64,000 nt of DNA from Ginglymostoma cirratum. Lineage: Eukaryota. The DNA is taken from NCBI GenBank assembly GCA_024137785.1, contig JAHRHZ010000267.1, positions 26,128,256 through 26,192,255 of the forward strand, read 5' to 3'. Below, piece by piece: positions 1 to 12,924 of this stretch. Numbering within the stretch: position 1 is the first letter of the stretch; every line of letters starts with the position of its first letter. The notes under the pieces are model-generated. The model worked only from the letters and a program-made list of their open reading frames with translations, ran no database searches and was not told where the DNA came from. The translations under genes were made by a program, and so were the position numbers.

Positions 1-1090
1 TGAAGAAGAAACAAAGAGGATCGATGAGGGCAGAGCGGTGTATGTGATCCGTATGGATTTTAGTAAGGCATTTGACAAGGTTCCTCATGGAAGACTGGTT
101 AGCAAGGTTAGATCACATGGGATACAGGGACTTCTAGGCATTTGGATACAGAACTGACTTGAAAGTAGGAGACAGAGGGTAATGGTGGAGGGTTGCTTTT
201 CAGACTGGAGACCTGTGACCAGCAGTGTGCCACAAGGATCGGTGCTGGGTTCATTGCTTTTTGTCACTTATATAAATGATTTGGATGTGAACATAGGAGG
301 AGTGTTTCGGAAATTTGTAGATGACCAAAATTGGCGATGTAGTGAACAGCAAAGAACGCTACCTCAGAGTACAATGCAACCTTGATCAGATGGGCCATTG
401 GGCTGAGGAGTGGCAGATGGAGTTTAATTTAGATAAGTGTGAGGTGCTGCATTTTGGAAAGGCAAATCAGGGCAGAACTTATACACTTCATGGTAAGTCC
501 TGGGGAAAGTTGCTGAACAAGGAGAACTTGGACTACAGGTTCTTAGTTCCTTGAAAGTGGAGTCCCGGGTAGACAGGATAGTGAAGAAGGTGTTTGGTAC
601 GCTTGCCTTTATTGGTCAGTGCATTGAGTATAAGAATTAAGAGGTCATGTACAGGATTTTGGTTAGGCCACTTTTGGAATACATGTTCAATTCTGGTCTC
701 CCTGCTATAGGAAGGGTGTTGTGTAACTTGAAAGGGTTCAGAAAAGATGTTACAAGGATGTTGCCAGGGTTGGAGAGTTTAAGCTATAGGGAGAGGCTGA
801 ATAGGCTGGGGCTATTTTCGCTGGAGCATTGGAGGCTGAGTGATGACCTTATAGAAGTTTATAAAATCATGAGGGGCATGGAAAGGGTAAATAGCCAAGG
901 TCTTTTCCCCAGGGTAGGGAAGACCAAAACTTGAGGGCATAGGTTTAAGGTGTGAGGGGAAAGATTTGAAAGGGACCTAAGGGGCAACTTTATCGCATAG
1001 AGGGCGGTGCATTTATGGAATGATCTGCCAGAGGAAGTGATGGAGGCTGTTTCCATGCTGTACATTTCTATGACTCTATGACTCCATAAG
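1..1090 (+). mobile_element. CR1 LINE, RT and 3' end, decayed
   Basis: MDFSKAFDKVPHGRL, SVPQGSVLGSLLF, WQMEFNLDKCEVLHFG, LVRPLLEY, LIEVYKIMRG, ending in a ctatgact tandem tail. Confidence 0.93.
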
Positions 1091-1528
1091 TCCTCACTTG
1101 TGGATCATTGCACAGTAAGTCAAGGGCAGCTTCAGACACAAGTCCAAGCTTTGCCTACAGTGGTCAGTGTCAGGTCCTGTCTTGAATGGATGAGAAGTTG
1201 AATGATGATTAGCACATCGCCAATCATGACTCTTTCTGCCCTATTGTGGGCTGTTTACTTCTGGAATGAGAGAAAGGCTGGTGTTATGGGAGATGAAAAT
1301 AGATGGCACAGCTATTGCTGTTGATGCAGGTGAGGGGTGTCTTGATTGATGGAGCAGGCAGCACAGAGTATGTGCAGGGTGAGTGGTGTCAGGGGTTGGG
1401 GTGTGTCAGAGTATAGAGGAAAATGGTGTAAGCAATAGTGAGAGTGGCAAAACATGAGCCTTGGTGGGAATTGGGTAAAGTAGCAGAGACAGAGTGAGTG
1501 TGAGGTATTGTAGAGACGATTGTTGCAC

Positions 1529-1745
1529 TTATGCTAGCAGAGTGGAGAAGGACATTGACCTTCTTCCTACGCTGTTGGGCCTTGCTCCAGATGCCTTTAG
1601 CTCAGGTGGCAACCTTGGACCAGGCTGACGTGGTCTGGTGGCATGCCGACAATACAGGTCCTGGGGAAAGAGGACATCCTGCATGTGCACCACCCCCTCC
1701 AGCAGGGCCTCCAAGAACCTGCCTTGAAAGCAGGGCACCTATTTC
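1529..1745 (-). pseudogene. Decayed Myb/SANT-like ORF, probably from a Harbinger transposon
   Basis: PCFQGRFLEALLEGVVHMQDVLFP, then a frameshift to AWSKVAT*...QQRRKKVNVLL. This fits the Myb_DNA-bind_5-type pattern F...LE.L...V.....LF...W..VA...QCRKK.NDL. Confidence 0.6.
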
Positions 1746-1799
1746 TCTTTGTCTGTGATGTCTGGGGCAAATGTCAGCAATGGTGCAGGCAACTTTGCA

Positions 1800-2170
1800 C
1801 TGACTGTATTTGTCTGGATGCACAGTGGGCTTTGCCCTGCAGAAATGCAACAAAAGTCTTCAGACAGAATGTTCCAAGCCCACGGCCACTCCCATCTAGA
1901 AGGACAAGGGCAGCAGATATACGGGAACACCACCACCTTCAAGTTCCTCTCCAAGCGACTCACCATTCTGACTTAGAAAGATATTGCCATTCCTTCACCA
2001 TTGCTGGGTCAATATACCTGACTTCCTTCTCTTACAACATTGTGGTTCACCTAGAGCAGGTGGACTGCAGCGCTTTAAGAAGGCAACGCACTACCATCTT
2101 CTCAAGGCCAATTAAGGATGGGTATTAAATGCTGGCCAGCCAGTGATGCCAAAGTCCCATGAGTGAAGAG
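1800..2170 (+). mobile_element. LINE 3' end; related copy at ~47105-47440 (+), probable related fragment at ~9360-10060 (-)
   Basis: Shared block ctagaaggacaagg..cag..ggaacaccacca..ctcc..caccattctgactt..caccatcttctcaagg..aatt..ggatgggtattaaatgctgg. Confidence 0.65.
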
Positions 2171-4291
2171 AAAGGTAGGAGGTAGAAAGGAAACAGAGTG
2201 TTCAAGTATAACTTTCCACAAAAGTATGAAAATTCTAAACTGGGAATGAACTACCCTATGAATTCCTAAGCATCAACAAAATGACAGAGAAAATATTTGC
2301 TTAATGCTACCAGGTGATACAATTCAGAAATAACCTGCTTCTGAGGTTCTGCTTAGTACTAATGGTTCCTGACTTTATCCCAGCCACGTTCCAATCATGA
2401 ATGTAAAGGTTATACATTTTATAGCACATTACCATGTTGAATGTTGAGTCTGTAGCACACTCAGTGAAACCAGACACACTGCAGAACTGCAGCTGGACAT
2501 GATATTGGTATGTCAGACACTTTAAAGGCTCTTCCTTTTGTTTCTTTTTGCTCCAAAAATATTTAACCTTTCAGAACCCCTTGTACCAATTTTATGTTTT
2601 AGTTTTCTTCAAAGCCTCTAATATTGGTACCAGATTGTTGACACCAGGAATGCTTTGACATGATATGTTCAGAAGAACAGTATCAGGCCTTCCATCTCTG
2701 CTCATCTCAGCCTGCCACTTTCTGCACAGGTAGCAAACCTCCCTGTAGTAGATGTTGATGATGGAGGTTACAGTTCCCTTTGTTGAGCATTTCTTTGCAG
2801 AGCAGTGTTAATGGATCAGATAAGAAGTTAAGGGACTTCTGGTTTGTGGTGAAGGGAAGAAGCCTCCATGCTGTAAGGGCACCAAAGGCTGCCATTCAGT
2901 TAATGGTAATATTCCCTATGTACATGCAGGATAGTTGCTGCATGGTTAACAGTGGTCTGCTCTATTACAAATAGAAGAGAGAAATCAACAGGAGGTGGCC
3001 TCTCAGCCGCATTAAAATTGGAAGTCTGAACCAGCTGCTGGGAGTCCAGAAGGAACAGCTCTTAGCAATAAAGGGAAACTGGGAGTCGGTGATGGGGTTT
3101 GGCGTTGGTGTGGTAGTGGGAGGTGTTGGATTGTGGGTAGAAGGATAATGTTGGGGGTGTAATCATGGGAAGAGCATGCAAAGGAAGTTCAAGGTTTTCC
3201 AGTAAACTCAGAAGGAACACTCCGTTTCCAGCTCAAAAGGAACTACAACATTTTTAAATAATCCTCTTCACTGGGCTTCTGTTGATCTTGTCCACTCTTC
3301 TTGCCTGTTCTCAGCTTCTCCTGTCATTTACAATTTGGTTCAAATGTCGTTAGTTTCAATTGCATATTTAACCAAGGGCCCTATGATTGGTGAGAATGGG
3401 ATGCAGTAAGTCTCCAGATTCATATACACTCTTGATGACTGAATAGAAAAGATAACTCTTTGAGTTTCAGTAGCCAACATTACCTGTAATTAAGATATGG
3501 CATTACAAATTTGCGTATATTTCTGTCACTACTTATTTTTCCTTTCTATTTCTTTTTGGTTACTTTATATTTTAAAATATCAAATTAAAACCTTTAGTGT
3601 TTTAAAGGAAAAACACAGTGTCCAATTCATTTAGAAGGATTGTGTCAAAATGTATTACACAGACTGTGATTATGTGTAACATTTTCACCTGTTACAACAA
3701 GTAGTCAAAGAACTTTGATGCTCCTTTACAACTTCTATCAAATAACTTTCCTTTTACTGCCTTGTAACTCTTAGAGTGAAAGTCTTTAAACATAATAATT
3801 TGATTAACATGATTAATCCTGATACTTTCTTTATCAATGATAAAATAACAGTTGAGTTCAGCTCCAAACTTTCATTAAAGAAACATTGCTTTTTACTATA
3901 CCAAGGGTTTCTGTCATAGCTAGAGGGTAGGAAGAGAAACCCCAAAGAAATTGCACTGTCTTCTATATTTCCATGTATAAATTATATTTCTTTTAAAAAT
4001 GAACAATGCTGCTGGACTCACAAAAATACCTGATCACGTGATCATACTTCTGGAAGCTTTGGAAACCCCTGCTTTGTATATAAGTCCTGGCTAAAGCTGA
4101 TACAAAGGATTTTAGAGACAAGTCATCTGTCTCCAAGCCAGCTCTGGACAAAACGTAATCTCAAAACTTATTTTGCATTGAAATGTGGTAGAGGGAGGTT
4201 CAAAGAGGCATTCAAGAGGTCGTTGGATGATTATTTGGATAGAAATAGTGTGCAGGGATATGAGGAAGAGGCAGGAGATTGGCACTAGGTA

Positions 4292-4758
4292 CAGAAGAAC
4301 ATGTGAAATAGGAGCAGGTGTAGGCCATCTGGCCCATCGAGTCTCCTCCACCCTTTAATAAGATCATGGCTGATCGTTTTGTGAATCTAGCTCCACTGAC
4401 CCACCCACTCATCATAACCCTTGATTTCTTTACTGTTCAAAACTCTATCTTTGCCTTAAAATCAAACAATGAGGTAGCCTCAACTGCTTCACAGGGCAGG
4501 GAATTCCACAGACTCACCCTTTGGGTGAAGAAGTTCTTCCTCAACTCAGTCCTAAATCTGCTCCCTCTTATTTTGAGGCCATACCCCCAAATTCTAGTTT
4601 CAACTGCCAGTGGAAACAACCTTCCTGCTTCTATCTTATCTGTTCCTTTCATAATTTTATATCTTTCTATAAGATCCCCCTTCAATCTTCTAAATTCTGA
4701 TAAGTACAGTCCCAGTTTACTCAATCTCTCCTCATAAACTAACCTTCTCAATTCCAGA
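4292..4758 (-). mobile_element. CR1 LINE 3' fragment nested in another (+ strand) CR1 3' end (~4185-4830)
   Basis: ORF YEERLSKLGLYLSEFRRLKGDLIERYKIMKG...RKNFFTQRVSLWNSLP. Confidence 0.88.
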
Positions 4759-5259
4759 ATCTAATAGAACTGGTGCAGGCACAATGGGCCAAATAGTTTC
4801 CTTCCATGCTATAACAATTCTATGATCCTGTTAAAATGGGTGCTAACACTTTTACAATTACCTCTTTCCCACTGATGGAGGAGTTAAAGTTACTGTTAAA
4901 ATGGAAATTTTAGTACCTGAAATGCTTGTTCTCAAGCATGACTAAAATGTAAGCTTGTTGAATTATTTCATTATATAATTCTGGGATCCTAAGCCAGTTG
5001 ATGTTTGACTTTCAGAGGGTGTGCAGGACTCTAGGCTGATTTGATAGCCTACCTCAGACCTACTATCTCTGGGTCCAAGTTGCTGGCTTGAAAGAAATCT
5101 GCACTCTTTCTGTAAGAAGGAAAACTACTGGGCCCAGCTCACCAAGGAAAGTATTATTGGACACTGACCTCCTCAATGTTTGAATGCACAAGAACTGATT
5201 TTTAATACTGCTGGATTTAACAAAACTGTAATTTATAACCTGTCTCCTCTCCTGTCCTG

Positions 5260-5801
5260 AGATAATAGGAACTGCAGATGGTGGAGAATCCGAGATAACA
5301 AGGTGTAGAGCTGGATGAACACAGCAGGCCAAGCAGCANNNNNNNNNNNNNNNNNNNNNNNNNNNNNNNNNNNNNNNNNNNNNNNNNNNNNNNNNNNNNN
5401 NNNNNNNNNNNNNNNNNNNNNNNNNNNNNNNNNNNNNNNNNNNNNNNNNNNNNNNNNNNNNNNNNNNNNNNNNNNNNNNNNNNNNNNNNNNNNNNNNNNN
5501 NNNNNNNNNNNNNNNNNNNNNNNNNNNNNNNNNNNNNNNNNNNNNNNNNNNNNNNNNNNNNNNNNNNNNNNNNNNNNNNNNNNNNNNNNNNNNNNNNNNN
5601 NNNNNNNNNNNNNNNNNNNNNNNNNNNNNNNNNNNNNNNNNNNNNNNNNNNNNNNNNNNNNNNNNNNNNNNNNNNNNNNNNNNNNNNNNNNNNNNNNNNN
5701 NNNNNNNNNNNNNNNNNNNNNNNNNNNNNNNNNNNNNNAGAGCTTCCTGCTCCTATGATGCTGCTTGGCCTGCTGTGTTCATCCAGCTCTACACCTTGTT
5801 A
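5260..5801. mobile_element. Palindromic Penelope-terminus mini-element spanning a 400-N gap
   Basis: Inverted arms lie either side of the gap (5339-5738). Perfect 17-bp TSD tctcctctcctgtcctg at 5243-5259 and 5802-5818. Confidence 0.88.
5339..5738. other. Assembly gap (400 N); second gap at 38388-38397 (10 N)
   Basis: N runs. Confidence 1.
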
Positions 5802-7499
5802 TCTCCTCTCCTGTCCTGTCTTCTTTGATTTCCTGAGTGCGTTTTTGTGTGGATGGAGTAATGAAGCAATTCTCTGTATTTTGAATGCTTTGTTAATAAA
5901 CCCTTTCTTTGACTTAATCTTAAAGGTTTTTTGAAGCAAGTTTGTTTCAAGAATTGGAATTCAAAAACCAGGGCATGGGAAAGACCTTTTGGGTTACACC
6001 AGTAAGGATCAGAAGTAAAAAGAGAAAGCAGTAAATCAAACAGTACCAAGCTGTCTATGGCCTAAGGGGTGAAAAGCAATCGTAATTTAGTTCCACCACA
6101 TTGCTCCATTGTCCATGATAAATTGCACTTTTCAGACCTTGTTGAACAAATTGTCCTGAGATTGTCACTGTTAGTAGTGGAAAAACTCAGATTTCTAGAT
6201 GGAATTTATACTAATCATTGCATTGTAAATTTCTTCATCCTGACAGGCTTTTATCTCCTTCTATGTCACATTGAATGAAAATGGAAGGGACAGTGACTGA
6301 TGTATGAACCGTGTGCAACTTTGACATTAATGTTATTGTGCTTAGAAAAATTGTCACAAAAATTGATCAATAGACACCAGAATTCTTGCCAAAACAGAAG
6401 GATTGGTGGTGAGTGAGGAAATTCCTTTGTGGTGAAAATGCTTTTATAGCCTTTTGCAACTGTCAGTCTCTCCCATATTATTCCAAACAGTTACAGGCAG
6501 CCTGATGATTCAAATGACTTCTAAGAAACTGAAAGCCATGGAGCAGACATTGTGGAACTGATTCAGTTTCGGCCATTTATTGTTTGTCTTTTTCTATCAA
6601 GGCATGCAGTATCACTTTCTACAATAGACAAGCTGAGGTTAGTTTAAAAAAAACAAGTAAGCTGCTTGCCCTGAATTTAGGGTCCTGTACCAGAAAATCA
6701 CAAGGATGGGAAATGGACATTTTGAAGCAGAGTTAGATTGGATTGCCCCAAAACCCAAGATTGTGATGTACCATTATGCCCTGAGCATTGAAAATGATAG
6801 AGGCAATATGCTGCAGGTTAATTAAAATTACAGTGGCATACAGTCAGCACAGCTGAATAGGCAGCCCATGTTTCTGTGAAGTTTGAACAGGGCTGTCCAT
6901 CCATTTCACATGAGGGAACCCACATTTCACTTTTCAGTCATTTAGGAGGCGGTGAGCAAATTTCTGAAACATAAGGTTCGGCAGACAATCAACATGAATT
7001 TCAGGGAAAAAATAACTGTAAAGCAAAAGATTAAATAAATGACAAACTAATAAAAATGACCATTAACAGGTGCCAAGAAGTAAAGTTAATAAATAAAATC
7101 TTTTTTGGCTTTCGCCTTTTTAGTTAAGAGACAGGTAGAGAGAGACAGACTAGGAGCAAAGGCCTGATCACCAAGGAAGGGAAAGGGAAAGGGAAGGGGC
7201 CAAGTTAAGGGGAGGAGTTAGCTTTAACTATCACTGACATTGTGTTTGTCTTTGATGGTTCACATTTCAAGCTGCCCTTTTGCAAGTTCATACACAAATG
7301 GGGTTGGAGTGGATGACTTTCAGGCTGGGTTTTTCTCCTCTCGCAGCCTACTTTATAGATAGATTTTTTGAAGTGGGAAAAGGGGAAGTGATGTGTGTAT
7401 ATGACTCACATTATGTCTTAGGGTTCAGACACTCTGTCTTCCACATGTGTGAATGCATTCTCTCTGCCAGACTCTCTTTCACTGGCATAATGTCTCTCA

Positions 7500-7850
7500 T
7501 TACTTCTTCCATTCAGCGCTCGCTTACTTATACACACTCTCTCACTCACACATATATTTACCATTCACTCACTCATTGTCCCTGCACCACTCACACACTC
7601 TCACTCACAACCTCCCTCACTTTCACACGCTGCCTCGCTTTCTCACTGTGTCCCTCGCTCTCACACTCTCCCTCACTCAAACTCTCTTCCTCACTCTCAC
7701 ACTCCCCTTGCCATATACTCTACCTCCTGCAAACTCATTGAGTGATCCTCCGTTCCTCACTGTCAAAATCACTCAGATGTTCTCTCACACATTCATTCAC
7801 TCACTCTCTCTCTTTCTTCCTCTCACTCCATCATGTACTCCTTCTCTTGA
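7500..7850. repeat. CT/CA-rich low-complexity tract; similar tract at 8280-8430 and (GGGAAA)n at ~7175-7198
   Basis: Degenerate (cact)n/(ct)n runs visible directly. Confidence 0.85.
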
Positions 7851-7854
7851 GCAT

Positions 7855-8270
7855 ACAATCATAAGAATCAGGAACAGGAAAGCCATCCAGCCGCCACGCC
7901 TATTCCACCAGTCAATAAAACCATGACTGATCTGACTGTATGCTCAAATCCACATTCCCGCCTATTCCTGAGAACCTTTCACCCCTTTGCTTAACAAAAA
8001 TATACCCACCTCTGCTTTAAAAATATTCAAGCACTCTGCTTCTACCACGTTTTCAGGGAGAGAGTTCCAAAGACTCTGAAAGACAAAAAAATCTTTGTCT
8101 CTGTTTTAGATTTGGGAAACCTGATGTTTAAACATTGACACATTCTGCCATAGGAGGAAAAATCCTCCCCACACTGACTCGACGTAAGACCCATAAGGAT
8201 CTAATATGCTTCAATCAGGTCAACCCTTACTTTACTAAACTCCAGTGTCCAACCTTTCCTCATAAGACAA
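7855..8270 (-). mobile_element. CR1 LINE 3' fragment, old
   Basis: Reverse-complement similarity to the CR1 3' ends elsewhere in the window (cataagaatcaggaacagg, agagagttccaaagactc). Confidence 0.7.
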
Positions 8271-9202
8271 TCTACCCTCACTCTCTTTCACTGACTTCCT
8301 TGTCCTTATACTCACTCATTCACACACACACACACACTCTCACTGATTCACTGAGCCTCACTCACTCATTGTCTCTGACTTGCTGACTCAGACTCACTCA
8401 CTCACTCACTCTTGCGGTCTCTCTCACTCACTTATTACTCCACGACAAACTAATATACTCCACTCCCCCATCTAGACTGCCACCTTGAGAGGGCCAGCAC
8501 CTGCATGAGTAGAGTTCCTCACCTCCCTCAAACTTCCTCCTGATAACAAGTTTCTTTCCCTCACATCCAGGCGGAAACTCAGAGTATCTTTCCCGTGCAC
8601 CTGCAAGCATCCCATCCTTTTCAGTCTATACTCTACCCTACCCCACCCACAGATTTACATTCACCTCCCCCTCACATGCTTAGCATTTTTGGAAATCTCT
8701 CATGTACACCTCAGATTTTGCACACATTGTCAATTAGTCATTTGTGGAAGACACGTTGTTTTGCACTCACTGGGCTGATGTTTCTCAAGTCTGTGTGGAT
8801 CTGACATTGTGCTGAGAGCCAGAAGCAGCACCACTTGAGACAACTGCGACACTGTCAGTGGAATTTTAAGTTGTCCTGCAACTAAATAATTGTCTGTGGC
8901 GCTCACACCCCTTTTATGGACAAGGATCTGTTTCCAAAATGCGACAATTATTTGGTGGGCTGAAAGCTCAGCTGTCTCAGCAGTGCCACTGAGAGCATTA
9001 ATGGGTGGTGGGTTTGATAGTATTGTGGTCTTTGCTACCATGGGCACCTCTGTGGGCCATAGAATGCCCAGTTAGGAGGATCCCCTTCCCAAGACATCAG
9101 GCAGGCTCACAGGGTTCACCAGGTAGTCTCTCTATATGATGAAGTAACCACTAACATCTGCTACAATGACAACTCTAGCAGAAGGAGGCCTTGATTATAT
9201 CA

Positions 9203-9332
9203 GAGATAGTAGGAACTGCCGATGCTGGAGAATCTGAGATAACAAGGTGTAGAGCTGGATGAACACAGCAGGCCCAGCAGCGTCAGAGGAGCAGGAAAGC
9301 TGCCGTTTCAGGTCTGGACCCTTCTTCAGAAA
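9203..9332 (-). mobile_element. Single-arm Penelope-terminus mini-element (130 bp)
   Basis: Same family as above. 11-bp TSD tgattatatca at 9192-9202 and 9333-9343. Degenerate hammerhead CTGAAGA...GAAACGGC on the minus strand. Confidence 0.88.
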
Positions 9333-10059
9333 TGATTATATCAATTGACATTTATTTCTGTTGTTTTTAATGGGAGGTGGGCATCTCAGAATTGGCCAGG
9401 TTTGGTGCTGATCCCATATTGCTCTTGAGGAGATGGTCCACTTTCTTGAACCACTGCAGGTACACACATCATTGTATAAATGAGGGAGTTCTAGGATTCT
9501 GACCTAGTGACAATGAAGAATTGATAACATAACTCTAAATTAGGATGGCTTGTGACTTGGAGGAAACTTTTAGCTGGTTGTGTTACCAAACATCTGCTGC
9601 CCTCATGCTAGGTGTTAGAGGTTTGGAAGGTGCCATGCAAGATTCAGAAACTTGCTGCAATGCATCTTCTGGATGGTACGCACTGTTGTCACTCTGTGTC
9701 AGTGAGTAAGGAAGTGAAAGTTTAGAGTGGTGATTGGGGTGTTTCTTAAGTGGACTGCTTTGTCCTGGATCATGTCATGTTATTGGAGCTGAGCTCACCC
9801 AGGCCAGTAAAGACCATTCCATCACACTCCTGAGTTATGCATTGTCAATGGCGGACAGGCATTAAGCAGTCTGGAGATAACTTATTTGCAACAGAATTTT
9901 CAACTTCTAACCTACTGTTGTCGCCTCTGTATTTTTATGTCTGATCCCAGTTAAGTTTGTGCTCAGTGGCAATCCTAGATATTTGACAATGCTAAGTCTA
10001 AAAGAGATGGTTAGATTCTTCCATTGGAGATGGTTATTTCTGGCACTTGTGTGGTGAAT

Positions 10060-10960
10060 GTGATGTCTATGAATTTCCAAAGACACTTGATCAATATAAC
10101 AGGCTTATGAGCAAAGTTGGAGGCTATGAAATAAATGGCGCTGTTGCAGAATGGATGTGAAATTGGTAACCGTCAAGAAAAGACAGCGGTAAATGGTCAT
10201 TTTTCGGCAGAACAAAGGCTTATATTGTGGTTTTCTTAAGGGTTGGCGTGCGGACCCTACTTTTCTTTATGTATGAATGAGCTAGAATTGTGCCTACAAC
10301 ACTTGGAAATATTGTGAACTGCAAGGAAGATAGTATTAATCTTCAAAAGGATGGAGACAGATTGTGGAATAGATGGGCAAGTCACAGATGAAATTTAGAG
10401 GGTATACAAGCCAAAGAATCTGGGGCATATGTGTACAAGTCATTGAAAATAGCCAGTCGGTTTGAAAGTGCAGTTAATAAAGTATACAGGATCCTGGGAA
10501 TTATAAATAGCAGAATGGGGTACAAAAGCCATGAAGTTATCATAAACCTGCACAAAGAACTGGTTCAACCTTGACTTCAGTATTTTATTCAGTTTTGGGC
10601 ACTGCACTTTATGGAGGCTGTGAAGACTGCAGAGAAGGTACAGAAAAGATTTGCAAGAATGGTTCCAGGGTGAGGAGCTAGTTGAATAGATGGGAGAAAC
10701 TTAAGACTGTTCTCCTTGGAGAAAAGAAGGTTGGAAGAAGATTTAATAGAGGTGTTGAAAATCATAAGGGGTTTGAACAGAGCAGAAAGGAGGAAATTGT
10801 TACCATTGATGGGAGAATCAAGCACGAGAAACTAAGTTAAGGTGATCGGCAAAAGAAGCAGTGTTGGCACGTGGAAAACCTTTTTTATAGTGAGTGTTTA
10901 GGGTCTAGAATATATTGCCTGTCAGTATGCTGGTGTCAGATTCAAACACTGCTTTCAAAA
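10060..10960 (+). mobile_element. CR1 LINE RT/3' fragment, old
   Basis: Degenerate tctatgaatttccaaagacacttgat (YMDFQKAFD-like), gagaaggtacagaaaagattt and gatttaatagaggtgttgaaaatcata. Confidence 0.75.
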
Positions 10961-10964
10961 GAAA

Positions 10965-12880
10965 TGTCATGTCCCACTCACAAATGCCAGTCGCAGGGCA
11001 ATTCAATTCACTCCACATGATATGAAAGAACCACAGAATGCTGTGGATATAGCCAGGGCTATGGCCACTGACAACATCCTGGCAGCTACACTGAAGACTT
11101 GTGTGACAGAACTACCTGTGTTCGTAGTCAAACTGTTCTGGTGCAGATCCAAAACAGCCACCTACAAAGTAATATGGAAATATGCACAGGTATAACATAC
11201 CTATCCACAAAAGGCATGTCAAATCCAATCCAACCAACTATAGTCACATTCTTCTACTCCCAATTTCAGCGAAGTGGTGGAAAGTGTCATTGACTTGATC
11301 AATTATCTGAGAGAAAATATTTGTAGTGGTATGTGAAAAAGAAAGAAATGAGACAAAGTGAGTTGCTCTTGCAAAAAGCAGCCATAGACACTGATGTACT
11401 TTGTGTTTTCCTACATGTTAGCACATATGTATGTAATATGTGTCACAAAGAGACTGGTTCTTCTTGGGACATATGTCTTGAAGTTTATTAACAACACTAT
11501 TTAAATGACTACAATGCCAAAGATTTGTATACATAGTCTGCACTCTGTGCTTACTGATGTTACTGTACATTTCATACACATAGCTGATTGGCTGAACACA
11601 TTTCACTGTCTCCATGATAGAGAGTGAATGACTGTAGGTACCTTTATATCAGAATGTCAGATGTTGTGCTGTCATGCAGCTATCTTAAAGGTCCAGCCTG
11701 TGTACCAAAGCCATAACATAACACACACAACAGCTGGAATAGCCTTGTTGTATACTGTAGCCATTCAATGATTCCATCTTGATTCAAGCCTAGATTAAAT
11801 TTATTTTCAATGAAGAATGCAGGACAGTATGTCAGAAGAAGCACCAGGCACATCAAACATTGAGCTGCAGACATGGTGAAGGTAGAACACGAGATTACAA
11901 GCATGATCCAGATCACACAGAGTAAGTGGCAGACAGAGCAAAATCATACCAAATGCAACAAATCAGATCCAAAATCTGCAGAGCTGCATATTCCATGATG
12001 ATGGACAATCAAGCCACTAACTGGAGGAGGAGGATCCACAAACATCCCCTTCTTTCTTGATGGGCAGCCCAGCAATCAGTGCCAAAAACCAAGCCAAAGT
12101 ATTGGTAACCATCTTCAGCCAGGGTGCCCTGAGAATGAGTTATTGTGTCCTATTCCTGAAGTTCCCAACATCACAGATGCCTGTCATCAGCCAATTCAAT
12201 TTCACACTCCTTCCCAAATTAAATCTGAGTAACCTAATTCCTGAGAGGCCTCAGCTCAATTCTTTGCTTTCTCAGATGTACTTTGATGACTGCAGTATAT
12301 TCACATACTTACACCAATAATCTGACGTGTATACCCTTCATGGACTGTGATAGGAACATATCATTAATTCATTTTTCAATTTAGCTATTTGTTGCCTTCA
12401 GTACTTATTCCAATTGTTCGAACCACAGAAGGCACTGCAGGTAGCCAGGGCTGTGGCCACTGACAACATCCTGGCAGCAGTAGTGAAGGCTTGTGTGACA
12501 GAACTACCTAAGTTCATCACCAAGCTGTAATGGTACAGATCCAAGCCTACAAGGTAATATGGAAATATGCACAGGTATGTCCTGTCCACAAAAAGCATGT
12601 TAAATCTAATCCAGCCAATTACAGTTCCATTGGTCCATTCTCAATTATCAATGAAGTGATGGAAGGTGTCATTGATGGTGCTTATCAGGTGGCACTTACA
12701 TAGCAATATCTTGTTCACGTGTCATTAGTTTAGATTCTGCAAGGGCTACTCAGCTCTTAAGCCTATTGCAGACTGGGCCAAACACAAAAGAGTCATTTTG
12801 AAGAGGTGAAGTAAGAGTCACTGGCTTTGACATTGGAGCCAGGAGTTGACTAAGCAAGAACATCAGGGGGCCCTGGCAGA
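10965..12880 (+). mobile_element. Non-LTR LINE (CR1/L2-group, a family distinct from the main CR1) fragments, locally duplicated and interrupted
   Basis: Degenerate A(M/V)ATDNIL..LKTC..EL, WKYAQVCPVHKK..KSNPANY and SIINEVMEGVID, seen twice (11030-11293 and 12421-12676). Confidence 0.7.
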
Positions 12881-12924
12881 ATGGAATAAACCAGAAGTCC
12901 AAGAAAATGAATAGAGTAATGTTT

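Noticed and set aside
7280-7926. Two ~155-aa ORFs
   Set aside because: Products of a CT/CA low-complexity tract with few stop codons; no domain or splice support.
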